Positions 28,706 through 37,972 of a stretch of DNA of 64,000 bases are shown here, piece after piece (the first letter of the stretch is position 1; each line of letters starts with the position of its first letter). Origin of the DNA: Akkermansiaceae bacterium (GTDB lineage Bacteria; Verrucomicrobiota; Verrucomicrobiia; Verrucomicrobiales; Akkermansiaceae); the NCBI GenBank assembly GCA_903919975.1, contig CAIXKE010000010.1, positions 28,114 through 92,113 on the forward strand. The letters are read 5' to 3'. The notes below the pieces were generated by a model that worked only from the letters and a program-made list of their open reading frames with translations, did no database searches and was not told where the DNA came from. Both the position numbers and the translations under genes were made by a program.

Positions 28706-30604
28706 ATGAGCACATCACACTCCGGCCACCGCGGCCATCAACCGAAGCTGGCGGCCACTACCTTGGCTGCGCTTGGAATTGTTTTCGGAGATATCGGCAC
28801 CAGCCCGCTCTATGCGTTCCGCGAGTGCTTCCACGGTCCCCATGCGGCACCGATCGATCCGCGGAATCTAACGGGAGCAGCGTCGTTAATTGTCTGGTCG
28901 TTGCTGCTGGTGGTTTCGGTGAAATATTTATTCATCATCCTGAAATTGGATAACCGCGGCGAGGGCGGCATTCTCGCGTTGTCCGCTTTGATCCGCGGGG
29001 CGATGACTCGCAGTGGAGGCAAGGTTTCCGGCAGAATCCTGATGTTTGGGCTAGCGGGCTCGGCCTTGATTTATGCCGATGGCATGCTCACTCCGGCGAT
29101 TTCGGTACTCAGTGCGGTGGAAGGGTTGTCGGTCAGTGCGCCGATGCTTTCTCAGTGGGCGGTTCCGATCTCCGTAATGATTTTGGCGGGGCTTTTCACG
29201 ATTCAACAATTCGGCACGGGAAAAGTCGGCGTGTTGTTTGGCCCGGTGGTTCTACTGTGGTTTGCCACGCTCGCGGCGCTCGGATTGAGTTCCTTGTGGG
29301 CGCACCCGCAGGTTCTGATGGCGCTGAGTCCATTGGAGGGCGTGTTGTTTTTGGTGCACGAGTGGAAGCATGCGATGCCCCTGCTTGCAGCGGTGTTTCT
29401 GGCGGTGACGGGTGGTGAAGCGTTGTATGCCGACCTCGGCCACTTCGGTGCCCGGCCGATCCGGATTGGTTGGTTCGTGGTGGTGCTGCCAGCGTTGGTG
29501 CTCAATTATCTGGGTCAAGCTGCTTTGCTCACGGCCGATCCTTCCGCGATCCGCAGCCCGTTTTTCCTGATGGCTCCCGAGGCCTTGAGGTTTCCGCTGA
29601 CTTTATTAGCCACAGCGGCGGCGATCATTGCCAGTCAGGCGCTGATTTCAGGCGCTTTCTCCCTGACGACGCAGGCGATCCAGTTGGGATGTTTGCCGAG
29701 ATTTCGCGTGCGTTATACCTCCGAGCATTCCGTGGGGCAGGTCTATGTCCCGGCGGTCAACCGGATGTTGGCTGTGGCTTGCATTATGCTGGTCATTTCC
29801 TTCGGGACCTCTACCGCCCTTGCCGGGGCTTATGGCATCGCCATCGCCCTGACGATGGCGATCACCTCGATGTTGTTTTTCTCTGCAGCGCGCTCGGTCT
29901 GGGGGTGGTCCACTATGAATGCGGCGCTTGTAACCGGATCGTTTCTCACGCTTGATGGAGCGTTTCTAGCCGCAAATTCACTGAAAATCATCCATGGCGG
30001 TTGGTTCCCGCTGGTGATTGGCGGCGGTGTCATGTCGCTGATGTTGATTTGGATCTGGGGTCGCAAAAGGTTGTTTGCCCGCATCTCGCGCGATGCGCTG
30101 CCGGTGGACGCATTGTTGAATGATCTTGGCAAGGGGCGGATCCATCGGGTGTCCGGAACCGCGATTTATATGAGTGGTAAGGGAACCCAAGTGCCCACCG
30201 CCTTGCTGCACAATCTCAAACACAACCAAGTGCTGCATGAGCGGGTCATCCTGCTGCATGTCATGACGCTCGATCAACCCTATGCCGGCAAAGATGAAAT
30301 GCTCGAGCATCATGAGTTGGGAGAAGGACTGCACCGGGTGATTCTGAAGTTCGGCTTCGCGGAAACACCGAACGTGCCCGCCGCCTTGAAGGCTCATCTG
30401 CCGGAAACCGTTCGTTTTCAACCTGGAAAGGCGACTTATTTCCTTGGCAGCGAAACTTATGGCGTCGGCAAAAAAGCGACGTTTATCGACCACCTCCGAC
30501 TCTCTCTTTTCGCGATCATGGCGCGCAATGCCTCACCGGCCACCGCATACTTCCAACTCCCGCCGGGGCGTGTTGTCGAGCTAGGCGCGCAGATCACCTT
30601 GTAA
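28706..30604 (+). CDS. kup: KUP/HAK/KT potassium uptake transporter
   Basis: LGIVFGDIGTSPLYAFRECF, GGEALYADLGHFG and about 12 TM segments plus the cytoplasmic C-terminal domain. Confidence 0.9.
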   Translation: MSTSHSGHRGHQPKLAATTLAALGIVFGDIGTSPLYAFRECFHGPHAAPIDPRNLTGAASLIVWSLLLVVSVKYLFIILKLDNRGEGGILALSALIRGAMTRSGGKVSGRILMFGLAGSALIYADGMLTPAISVLSAVEGLSVSAPMLSQWAVPISVMILAGLFTIQQFGTGKVGVLFGPVVLLWFATLAALGLSSLWAHPQVLMALSPLEGVLFLVHEWKHAMPLLAAVFLAVTGGEALYADLGHFGARPIRIGWFVVVLPALVLNYLGQAALLTADPSAIRSPFFLMAPEALRFPLTLLATAAAIIASQALISGAFSLTTQAIQLGCLPRFRVRYTSEHSVGQVYVPAVNRMLAVACIMLVISFGTSTALAGAYGIAIALTMAITSMLFFSAARSVWGWSTMNAALVTGSFLTLDGAFLAANSLKIIHGGWFPLVIGGGVMSLMLIWIWGRKRLFARISRDALPVDALLNDLGKGRIHRVSGTAIYMSGKGTQVPTALLHNLKHNQVLHERVILLHVMTLDQPYAGKDEMLEHHELGEGLHRVILKFGFAETPNVPAALKAHLPETVRFQPGKATYFLGSETYGVGKKATFIDHLRLSLFAIMARNASPATAYFQLPPGRVVELGAQITL

Positions 30605-30666
30605 TCGCTGCGTGATTTGGCATGCCTGCATTTTTGCATTGCCCGAGCCTCCCTGATTGATACGCC

Positions 30667-31821
30667 GTGGCCATCGACTTTCCACTTTCCATCATCGGCC
30701 TTGGTGCCTTGTCCGCGCTTGGAACGGATGTTGCATCCCATCACCGGGCTTTGCTGGATCGGCGAGTTCCATTCCAGCGACTCGGCAAGTTGTTGGGTGC
30801 GGATAGTCCGCACGCCATGCGTCCCGGCGCGTGGATTGAAAACCGTGATTTGCTTACGCATCGTAAATGGAGTCCGGCGACGATGGCGGCGTTGCATGTG
30901 GCGCGTGAGGCGATCCGGGACGCGGGGTGGACTGCGGAGGATCTCAAGGATGCGGCGCTGGTGGTAGGGACGAGTCGCGGCAACGCTGCGGGATGGCTTG
31001 GGCCATGGCCGGGTCGTCGGCCATTTCGTTTGATGGCGGCCAGCAATACCATTCATAGCGAGCCTGCTTCAGCGATCAGTATTGAGTTTCAGATTACCGG
31101 GCCGAATCATGTTTTGGCCAGCGGTTGTTCTGCGGGATTGGATGCGATTGGCATTGCGATGATGTTGGTTCGTTGTGGTGCCGCGCCACGGGCGTTGGCT
31201 GTTGCGGTGGATCTTCCTTTGGTGTCTTTGCTTTTGGATAACTATGCAGCATCCGGTATTCTTGCCGAAAGCATGCACTCTGATCCATATCGTCCCGGAA
31301 CCACCGGTTTCGTTCCGGCGGAGGGTGCTGCTGCGATGGCGATTGATTGCAATTCTGGAAATCACGCCCGCTTGTCGCACTATGGCTGCAATTCGGATGC
31401 GTGTGATCCGGTTGGCATTCCCAAGGATGGTGGTCGCACTCCGGAGTTGTTCAAATCGCTGGCGGATTCCGCGCGGCGTCCGGTGGCGGTATGTCCGCAT
31501 GCAACGGGAACGGCAGTTCAGGCAGCCGCGGATCCCGCCGCTCTGGAGAGGGTTTTTCCCGAGGCTCGTCCCTCACTGCATTTATTAAAACCATTTCTCG
31601 GTCATACCATCGGGGCCAGTGGAATGCTGGAGAGTGTGCTGCTCGCGCGTTTCTTGAGAGATGGGCACTTGCCACCTAATCTATCAGGTATGTATGCGCC
31701 TTCCGCATTTGTGCTTCCAGAGCATGTGATTGATGTCACGGGGCCTATCGCCAAGCTTTCGCACGGCATGGGAGGGCATAATGCGGTCCTGATTCTGACA
31801 CCTCCATGTATGAAATCATAG
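30667..31821 (+). CDS. Stand-alone beta-ketoacyl synthase family protein (Cys-His-His type)
   Basis: GPNHVLASGCSAGLDAI (active-site Cys), HATGT and GHTIGASGMLE (the two His), and a MGGHNAVLIL C-terminus. GTG start. No ACP, KR or DH genes nearby. Confidence 0.65.
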   Translation: MAIDFPLSIIGLGALSALGTDVASHHRALLDRRVPFQRLGKLLGADSPHAMRPGAWIENRDLLTHRKWSPATMAALHVAREAIRDAGWTAEDLKDAALVVGTSRGNAAGWLGPWPGRRPFRLMAASNTIHSEPASAISIEFQITGPNHVLASGCSAGLDAIGIAMMLVRCGAAPRALAVAVDLPLVSLLLDNYAASGILAESMHSDPYRPGTTGFVPAEGAAAMAIDCNSGNHARLSHYGCNSDACDPVGIPKDGGRTPELFKSLADSARRPVAVCPHATGTAVQAAADPAALERVFPEARPSLHLLKPFLGHTIGASGMLESVLLARFLRDGHLPPNLSGMYAPSAFVLPEHVIDVTGPIAKLSHGMGGHNAVLILTPPCMKS

Positions 31822-31961
31822 TTGTTGAGATGTATTTTTGAATACTCGCGCATGCGGATTTTTGATTCGTGCGATTGGCAATTCATGGGTTTGATTGTTT
31901 CATAGCAAGTAGATGACTTTGTGCTTGCGTGGTAAGTCGCTTGTTATAGCTTATCAGCGAA

Positions 31962-32678
31962 ATGAGTACCAAATCGAAGAAAAAAGCCCAAACGGGAGTT
32001 CGTTATAGCAACGAAGAAAAACAGAAGGTCGTTGATTTTGTCAGCGAATATAACTCCTCAAAAGGACGTGGCGGACAAAGCGTAGCTGCTAAGAAATTCA
32101 AAGTCACACCTCTCACGATCGCTACATGGATCAAGAGTTTGGGTAAGAAGGCCGCAACACCTGCGAAGGCTCTTAAGCCTGTGAAAGCCGCCAAGGCAGC
32201 GAAGCCTGCGAAAGCCGCAAAGCCTGCAAAAGCCGCAAAAGCCGCAAAAGCCGCAAAAGCCGCAAAGCCTGCGAAGTCAGCTGGTGCGAGCAAGATGGGC
32301 GTGCGTTATAGCCCCGAGCAAAAGCAAGAAGTTGTGAAATTCGTTCAGGATTTCAACGCTGCCAATGGTCGCGGTGGCCAAAGCCGTGCCGCTGATAAGT
32401 TCAAACTTTCCGTTCTCACTGTTTCCGCATGGCTCAAGGCCGCAGGCGTGAAGGGTGGCAAGGTTGCCAAGGCTCCGAAGGCAGCCAAGGTTAGCAAGAA
32501 GGCCGCTAAGGGCGCTGTGGTGAAGGCTGCAAAGTCCTCCGCCGCACCAACCGGTCTCGCCGCCAAGGTGGCTTCTCTGGTTAATATCAGCGAGCAAGTC
32601 AACCAAGCTGAGAAGGAACTCGAAAAGCTTTATGCCAAGCACGATGCCATCATGGCTTCGATCAAGAGCTTGGTCTGA
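31962..32678 (+). CDS. Lys/Ala-rich histone-H1-like protein with duplicated transposase-OrfA-type HTH module and C-terminal coiled coil
   Basis: Two homologous modules: GVRYSNEEKQKVVDFVSEYNSSKGRGGQSVAAKKFKVTPLTIATWIK and GVRYSPEQKQEVVKFVQDFNAANGRGGQSRAADKFKLSVLTVSAWLK. They are separated and followed by AKPAKAAK-type repeats. The end, QAEKELEKLYAKHDAIMASIKSL, is coiled-coil-like. Confidence 0.6.
   Translation: MSTKSKKKAQTGVRYSNEEKQKVVDFVSEYNSSKGRGGQSVAAKKFKVTPLTIATWIKSLGKKAATPAKALKPVKAAKAAKPAKAAKPAKAAKAAKAAKAAKPAKSAGASKMGVRYSPEQKQEVVKFVQDFNAANGRGGQSRAADKFKLSVLTVSAWLKAAGVKGGKVAKAPKAAKVSKKAAKGAVVKAAKSSAAPTGLAAKVASLVNISEQVNQAEKELEKLYAKHDAIMASIKSLV
32232..32267 (+). repeat. Perfect 9-nt tandem repeat GCCGCAAA(A/G) x4 inside the Lys/Ala region
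   Basis: Read directly from the sequence. Embedded in a longer AAG-CCT/GCC-GCA low-complexity stretch from about 32175 to 32276. Confidence 0.9.
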
Positions 32679-32702
32679 AATTAGCTTTTACCCAATCCAT
32701 TT

Positions 32703-32736
32703 AAAAGCCGCTCCGACAGGGGGCGGCTTTTTTTAT
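32703..32736. terminator. Bidirectional rho-independent terminator between convergent genes
   Basis: AAAAGCCGC...GCGGCTTTTTTT: a GC stem flanked by an A-run on one side and a T-run on the other. Lies between the stop at 32678 (+) and the stop at 32740 (-). Confidence 0.8.
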
Positions 32737-32739
32737 TCA

Positions 32740-33234
32740 TCACCAGACCAGGTTGGTAGCCATGTCCATCCAGACCATGGATTCCCCTTCGAATGCAAAG
32801 CGGCCGTGAAACGAGGTTTCATCGAGTAGCAGAGGCAACCAATGTCGGTCATCCTCCCACATCCGGTGGTAGGGGATTTCATCCACTGAAGTCCAAACGG
32901 GAACCGCTTCATCGGTCTCGCCGGGAGTGCCGATATAGTCATCCGCACGATAGACATGGCAGAGGATGTGAGGGCAATCGGACATGGCGAACCAAAGCTC
33001 ACCGAGCTTGCGCGGAGTGGAAGGGGTGATGAGTAACTCTTCTTGAGTTTCGCGGATTACGGATTGCAGTGGAGATTCGCCGGGATCGATTTTTCCGCCG
33101 GGGCCGTTGATTTTTCCTGCTCCAAGTCCGCGTTTTTTCTCGATGAGAAGAACCCGCCCTTCCTTCACGATGAACATGAGGGTGGCGTGAATCTCGCCCT
33201 GCCACTGACTCCAATCGATCGGGGAAGGTGGCAT
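32740..33234 (-). CDS. NUDIX hydrolase (MutT-like)
   Basis: Nudix box GPGGKIDPGESPLQSVIRETQEELLI. Confidence 0.8.
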   Translation of the reverse strand: MPPSPIDWSQWQGEIHATLMFIVKEGRVLLIEKKRGLGAGKINGPGGKIDPGESPLQSVIRETQEELLITPSTPRKLGELWFAMSDCPHILCHVYRADDYIGTPGETDEAVPVWTSVDEIPYHRMWEDDRHWLPLLLDETSFHGRFAFEGESMVWMDMATNLVW

Positions 33235-33243
33235 CTTAGATTT

Positions 33244-33256
33244 GAAATTTGAGATT
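33244..33256 (-). repeat. Copy 2 of intercistronic core motif (sense AATCTCAAATTTC) in the gcvP-NUDIX spacer
   Basis: Plus-strand GAAATTTGAGATT. The last T is part of the gcvP stop codon. The whole 21-nt spacer is motif sequence. Confidence 0.9.
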
Positions 33257-36084
33257 CACTGGGCTGCGGCGTAGGCCTCCACGCTGTCGCAGGTGCAGAT
33301 GAGATTGCGGTCGCCATGAACGTTGTCGATGCGGCCGATAGCTGGCCAAAACTTGTGTTGGCGGAGATAGGGCAGGGGATAAGCGGCCTGCTCGCGGGGA
33401 TACGGGTGCTGCCAGTCATTGGCGCAAATTGTTTCCGCCGGGTGCGGGGCGTTCTTGAGTGGGTTGTCGGTGGCGTCCAACTCGCCGCGGATGACGGCGG
33501 TGATTTCGCTATGGATGGAAATCATGGCGTCGCAGAAGCGGTCGAGCTCCGATTTGGATTCGGATTCGGTGGGCTCGATCATCAAAGTTCCGCCGACCGG
33601 CCAGCTCATGGTAGGAGCGTGGAAGCCGTAGTCCATCAGGCGCTTGGCGACGTCCTCGACGGTGATGCCGCTTTGGTCGGAGAGCGGGCGGACATCGATG
33701 ATGCATTCATGGGCGACGAGGCCTGCGTTGCCGGTGTAAAGAATCGGATAGAATGAAGCGAGTCGTTTGGCGATGTAGTTGGCATTCAGGATGGCGACCT
33801 CGGTGGCTTCGGTGAGTCCTTCTCCGCCCATCATGGCGATGTACATCCATGAGATGGTGTTGATGGATGCGCTGCCCCAGGGAGCCGAGCAGACGGCACC
33901 GCTGGTGATTTCCAACTCGGCATGGCCTGGCAGGAAGGGCACGAGTTGTTTTGCCACGCCGATGGGGCCGACACCGGGTCCGCCGCCGCCATGGGGGATG
34001 CAGAAGGTTTTGTGGAGATTGAGGTGGCAGACATCAGCGCCGATGAGTCCCGGGCTGGTGAGTCCGACTTGGGCGTTCATGTTCGCGCCATCCATGTAAA
34101 CTTGGCCGCCGGCATCGTGGATGATTTCACAAATCGAGCGGATCGTTTCCTCAAACACCCCGTGGGTGGATGGGTAGGTCACCATCAATGCGGCGAGGTT
34201 TTCCCGGTGCTCTTCAGTGCGTGCGGCTAGATCGTCGACATCGATGTTGCCTTTTTCATCGCATTTCACGCCGATGACTTTCATTCCGACCATTACAGCG
34301 GAGGCGGGGTTGGTGCCATGTGCGGAGACCGGGATCAGGCAGATGTTGCGGTGGGCGTCGTTGCGTGAGAGGTGATAGCGGCGGATGGCGAGCAGGCCGG
34401 CGTATTCGCCTTGTGAGCCGGCGTTCGGTTGCAGTGAGACGGCAGCGAAGCCGGTGACTTCGGCGAGCCAGTCTTCGAGGAGGCCGAGCATTTCGCGGTA
34501 GCCCGCGCTTTGGTCGGCGGGCACGAAGGGGTGAAGTGAGGCGACTTCCGGCCAGCTCAGGGGCAGCATTTCGGAAGTGGCGTTGAGCTTCATGGTGCAG
34601 GAACCGAGTGCGATCATCGACTCGTTGAGTGCGAGATCTTTCGATTCGAGGCGCTTGATATAGCGCAGCATTTCGGTTTCCGAATGATAGCTGTTGAAGA
34701 CTTTTTGCGTGAGGAAATCCGTGGTGCGTGCGACGGATGAGTGCCACGAGGATTCCTGGGTGCTGTTCATCAGCTCCGCATTGAAAAGTCGGCAGATGAT
34801 GGCGAGCTCTTCTTCGGTGGATGTTTCATCGATCGAAATGCCCAGATGATTGGGATCGATCAGGCGGAGATTGATGCCTGCATTCACGGCGAGTGCATGA
34901 ATGGTTTTTGCGGAGCCAGGGGATTTTACGGTGATAGTGTCGAAGAAAGCCCCGTTTTCAATCAGGATGCCGGCTTTGGTCAGGGAGGCGGCGAGTTTGG
35001 TTGCCTTTGCGTGAATCTCGTTGGCGATGTGCTTTAGTCCGTCCGGGCCATGATAGACGGCATACATCGAGGCCATTACGGCGAGCAGGACTTGGGCGGT
35101 GCAAATGTTAGATGTCGCCTTGTCGCGGCGGATGTGTTGCTCGCGGGTTTGGAGTGCCAAGCGGTAGGCGGGTTTGCCACGAGAATCGATGGAGACGCCG
35201 ATGAGGCGGCCGGGCATTTTGCGTTTGAGGGCGTCGGTGCAAGCCATGAACGCCGCATGTGGGCCGCCGAAGCCAATGGGCACGCCGAAGCGTTGGGAAG
35301 AGCCGATGCAGATATCCGTGCCGAAGGTTCCGGGGGCTTTCAGCACCGTGAGGGCAAGCAAGTCCGCGGCCACGATGGTGACGGCACCGGCGGCTTTGGC
35401 TTTGGCGAAGAAATTGGTGAAATCGTCGATGCGACCGCGGGTGTCCGGGTATTGCACCAACACGGCGAACACGCTGCCGTCTGCTGGGATTTCGGTGGTT
35501 TCCCAATCGCCGGTGATTACCTCGATGCCGAGGGGTTCGGCGCGGGTGATGACCACATCGAGCGTTTGCGGGTGAATGCGGTCGGAAACAAATATCGCCC
35601 GGCCTTTGGGTTTTCCGGCGAGAGCCAGACTCATCGCCTCGGCGGCAGCGGTGCCTTCATCGAGCAATGAGGCGTTGGAGACATCCAGACCGGTGAGGTC
35701 GGTGATCATCGTCTGGAAATTGAGCAAAGCCTCAAGGCGGCCTTGTGCTATTTCTGCCTGATAGGGTGTATAAGCCGTATACCAACCGGGGTTTTCGAGG
35801 ATATTTCTCAGGATGACGCCGGGCGTGTGGGTTCCATGATAGCCTTGGCCGATGAACGATTTGACCAAACGGTTTTTTCCCATGATGCCCTTCAACTTGG
35901 CTAGTGCGTCATGTTCGGATCGGGCGGTCGGCAGATTGAGGGAAGATTCCGAGCGAATACCGCCGGGCACGGCGTCGTTGATGAGGTCTGCCAGCGACGA
36001 GTATCCCGTATCGCGAAGCATTTGATCACGGTCCGGTCCGACGGGACCGAGGTGGCGGCTGCGGAAGTCAAGATGAGCGGGCAT
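33256..36084 (-). CDS. gcvP: Glycine dehydrogenase (decarboxylating), single-chain P-protein
   Basis: About 940 aa. F..RH.GP N-terminus, [12 protein letters not shown], and the PLP site [16 protein letters not shown]. Start set at ATG 36084. Confidence 0.95.
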   Translation of the reverse strand: MPAHLDFRSRHLGPVGPDRDQMLRDTGYSSLADLINDAVPGGIRSESSLNLPTARSEHDALAKLKGIMGKNRLVKSFIGQGYHGTHTPGVILRNILENPGWYTAYTPYQAEIAQGRLEALLNFQTMITDLTGLDVSNASLLDEGTAAAEAMSLALAGKPKGRAIFVSDRIHPQTLDVVITRAEPLGIEVITGDWETTEIPADGSVFAVLVQYPDTRGRIDDFTNFFAKAKAAGAVTIVAADLLALTVLKAPGTFGTDICIGSSQRFGVPIGFGGPHAAFMACTDALKRKMPGRLIGVSIDSRGKPAYRLALQTREQHIRRDKATSNICTAQVLLAVMASMYAVYHGPDGLKHIANEIHAKATKLAASLTKAGILIENGAFFDTITVKSPGSAKTIHALAVNAGINLRLIDPNHLGISIDETSTEEELAIICRLFNAELMNSTQESSWHSSVARTTDFLTQKVFNSYHSETEMLRYIKRLESKDLALNESMIALGSCTMKLNATSEMLPLSWPEVASLHPFVPADQSAGYREMLGLLEDWLAEVTGFAAVSLQPNAGSQGEYAGLLAIRRYHLSRNDAHRNICLIPVSAHGTNPASAVMVGMKVIGVKCDEKGNIDVDDLAARTEEHRENLAALMVTYPSTHGVFEETIRSICEIIHDAGGQVYMDGANMNAQVGLTSPGLIGADVCHLNLHKTFCIPHGGGGPGVGPIGVAKQLVPFLPGHAELEITSGAVCSAPWGSASINTISWMYIAMMGGEGLTEATEVAILNANYIAKRLASFYPILYTGNAGLVAHECIIDVRPLSDQSGITVEDVAKRLMDYGFHAPTMSWPVGGTLMIEPTESESKSELDRFCDAMISIHSEITAVIRGELDATDNPLKNAPHPAETICANDWQHPYPREQAAYPLPYLRQHKFWPAIGRIDNVHGDRNLICTCDSVEAYAAAQ

Positions 36085-36184
36085 TGGGATAAATTGTGAA
36101 GGGTGGTTTGTAGGAGGAAATGAACTGCCCCTCCATAGTGGAAAACGGCCCTTACGCAACACCCGGCCGCTGGAATTAGAGAAA

Positions 36185-36207
36185 TTCCGTCGGAAATCCG
36201 TCGGATT
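36185..36207. promoter_or_regulatory. Two adjacent perfect 11-bp palindromes, TTCCGTCGGAA and ATCCGTCGGAT (candidate transcription-factor site upstream of gcvP)
   Basis: 36185-36195 and 36197-36207, period 12 bp. They lie 101-123 nt upstream of the gcvP ATG and downstream of the CHAD gene stop. Confidence 0.35.
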
Positions 36208-36242
36208 TTGGTCCCGTCATCGCCGATTTGTCTGCGATTGCC

Positions 36243-37037
36243 TTAGGATGGAACTGCCGATGACAGCTTTCCCACATCTTTAATCGCACGCCGCTGCAGT
36301 TTTAAACGGGCTTCGTCGACCGTTCTGCAAAGATCCGGAGCGAACCTGTTGGTGAAGCCGTGCTGCCTCAACCATCGCGCCAGAGTGGTCAAATCGTTCT
36401 CATCGCCCAGGAGTTCCGCGAGATGCTGAAATTGTGGATCGAGCGGTGCGGTGTCTTCCGGTAGAAATCCGATTGCTCCGAGGAGTGCTTTGACGGCTTT
36501 TCGGGCTTCGTGGAAATCCTCTTCGCTGCGGTGGTCGAGTTTTCCGCATCTCTTGAGTGCGCGTTTTTTGAGTTTTTCCAGACCCTTCGTTAGCAAAGCC
36601 TCGAGATTTTTTTCGGGCAACCTCTGCAATTCCGCCAGTGCCGCATCCACCCTGGCCAAGCACCAGGCGATGGTTTCGGCGGGCGGTCGGCGGGCGGCCG
36701 AATGCGTTTGTTGCTCAAGCAGCAGGCCGATGGCGGCCGAAACCGTGGGGTCATCCTTCCAATCGAGCTTGTTCCAAGTGTTGAACCGCGAGCAGGCATC
36801 CCGCGAGTTTGAAAGCAGCCTTCCGATCGCTTGGATTTCTAGCGCCGAGGTTTTTTTCAAACCAAATAGCGCAAACCCGCCGCGCAGCGATTTCGCCAGC
36901 TTACGGATCGCATGGATTTCTTCCGACACCTTGCCTTTCGAATCCAGTAGGCCGGAGAGCAATTGTTTCAGCGTCTCGCACCCGGCAGCCAAGTGCACAC
37001 GCGTTTGTTCTGTGGCTGGTGCCTCGGGAAGATTCAT
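36243..37037 (-). CDS. CHAD-domain protein
   Basis: All-helical 264 aa with the repeated CHAD pattern: IHAIRKLAKSLRGGFALFG and FHEARKAVKALLGAIGFL. Confidence 0.65.
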   Translation of the reverse strand: MNLPEAPATEQTRVHLAAGCETLKQLLSGLLDSKGKVSEEIHAIRKLAKSLRGGFALFGLKKTSALEIQAIGRLLSNSRDACSRFNTWNKLDWKDDPTVSAAIGLLLEQQTHSAARRPPAETIAWCLARVDAALAELQRLPEKNLEALLTKGLEKLKKRALKRCGKLDHRSEEDFHEARKAVKALLGAIGFLPEDTAPLDPQFQHLAELLGDENDLTTLARWLRQHGFTNRFAPDLCRTVDEARLKLQRRAIKDVGKLSSAVPS

Positions 37038-37972
37038 GCGTAGAAATAAAGCACAGATTCAGGCACTTGTCAGTGCCGATCATGTGACAAATCGCATGAT
37101 CCAACAACTGAGCGATCCTGAAGTCTTCTTTTTGCTTCATTAGTGGAGAATATGACTAGCGGATTCCGAGATGACGGTCTTTGGGCTGATAAAAGTCTGA
37201 TATTTCCTCCAATCGCTTTTGGCCTTCCGGGAGCATGTTGATAAAAATCGGCAGCACTGCAGAATGGTCACATGAACCATGTCCCGTCTCCACTTGACCG
37301 ATACGCGTCGAAAACGCCATTCCTGCCGCTGCTAGAGCATCCTCTTGTCGATGAAGTGATGGCGGGTAAGCGTTTTGTGACTTATCCGTTTGTCGTTTTG
37401 CTTTTGGTGATGTCGTTCAATCGTAACATGGGATGAGTTCGGATGGTCGGTCGTGACCAATGGCCGATGGTTCCCTTGTTTGGTGCCACATTGGTCACGA
37501 TTCTATTCGGTTGATGGGGTTTCCGTGGGGGGATTCTTTGGAGCCCACATTCCTTGTTCCATCTCTGGAGGGGCGGACGCGATTCCAACTTGGATGTGCT
37601 CAGCAACGTGGTCTGTCAGGGAATTGGCATATGATGGCCGCGTGTGGTGGAATTTTTTCGCTGGGCTGTCTTTTCATAAAGCATTTTTTAGACCCCCATA
37701 GAGGGATTGCCAAGGTGGAAACTTGGGATGGTTTGAGATGATGGATTTTTATTTGCGTCTCACCCACTTGGGTAAGGTGCGGCGTTCATCCGTCATCACT
37801 ATGCTCAGACATCCTGACATCTGCCGGAATTCCGGGTAATGACCGTGAAATGGCGTGACGCTATTTGTCTCCGCCCGGAGCCATCTCATCGGTAGGTTAT
37901 CCCATTTTCCGGCACTTCAGGATGCCTGATTCGACATCGGGACAAGTAGACGCGCCGCTACATGTTACTGGT

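Noticed and set aside
36085-36242. Glycine riboswitch expected upstream of gcvP
   Set aside because: Reading the sense strand of the 158-nt leader, I could not find the conserved GGAGAG...ACCGAAGGGGCAA...CTCTGGAGAG cores. There are only loose fragments such as GGAGGGGCA. An Infernal scan would be decisive.
37272-37436. 54-aa ORF (MNHVPSPLDRYASKTPFLPLLEHPLVDEVMAGKRFVTYPFVVLLLVMSFNRNMG) with one hydrophobic segment
   Set aside because: There are no recognisable motifs. The codon usage looks unlike neighbouring genes (low GC3), and the upstream region is not leader-like. Kept only as a possibility inside the non-coding-gap finding.
37038-37972. tmRNA, RNase P RNA, SRP RNA or a tRNA in the long gap
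   Set aside because: On either strand there is no GGTTCGAATCC-type T-loop with an acceptor end, no GAGGAAAGTCC or ACAGAA..GGCTTA RNase P cores, and no SRP GGAA/AGCA domain IV motif.
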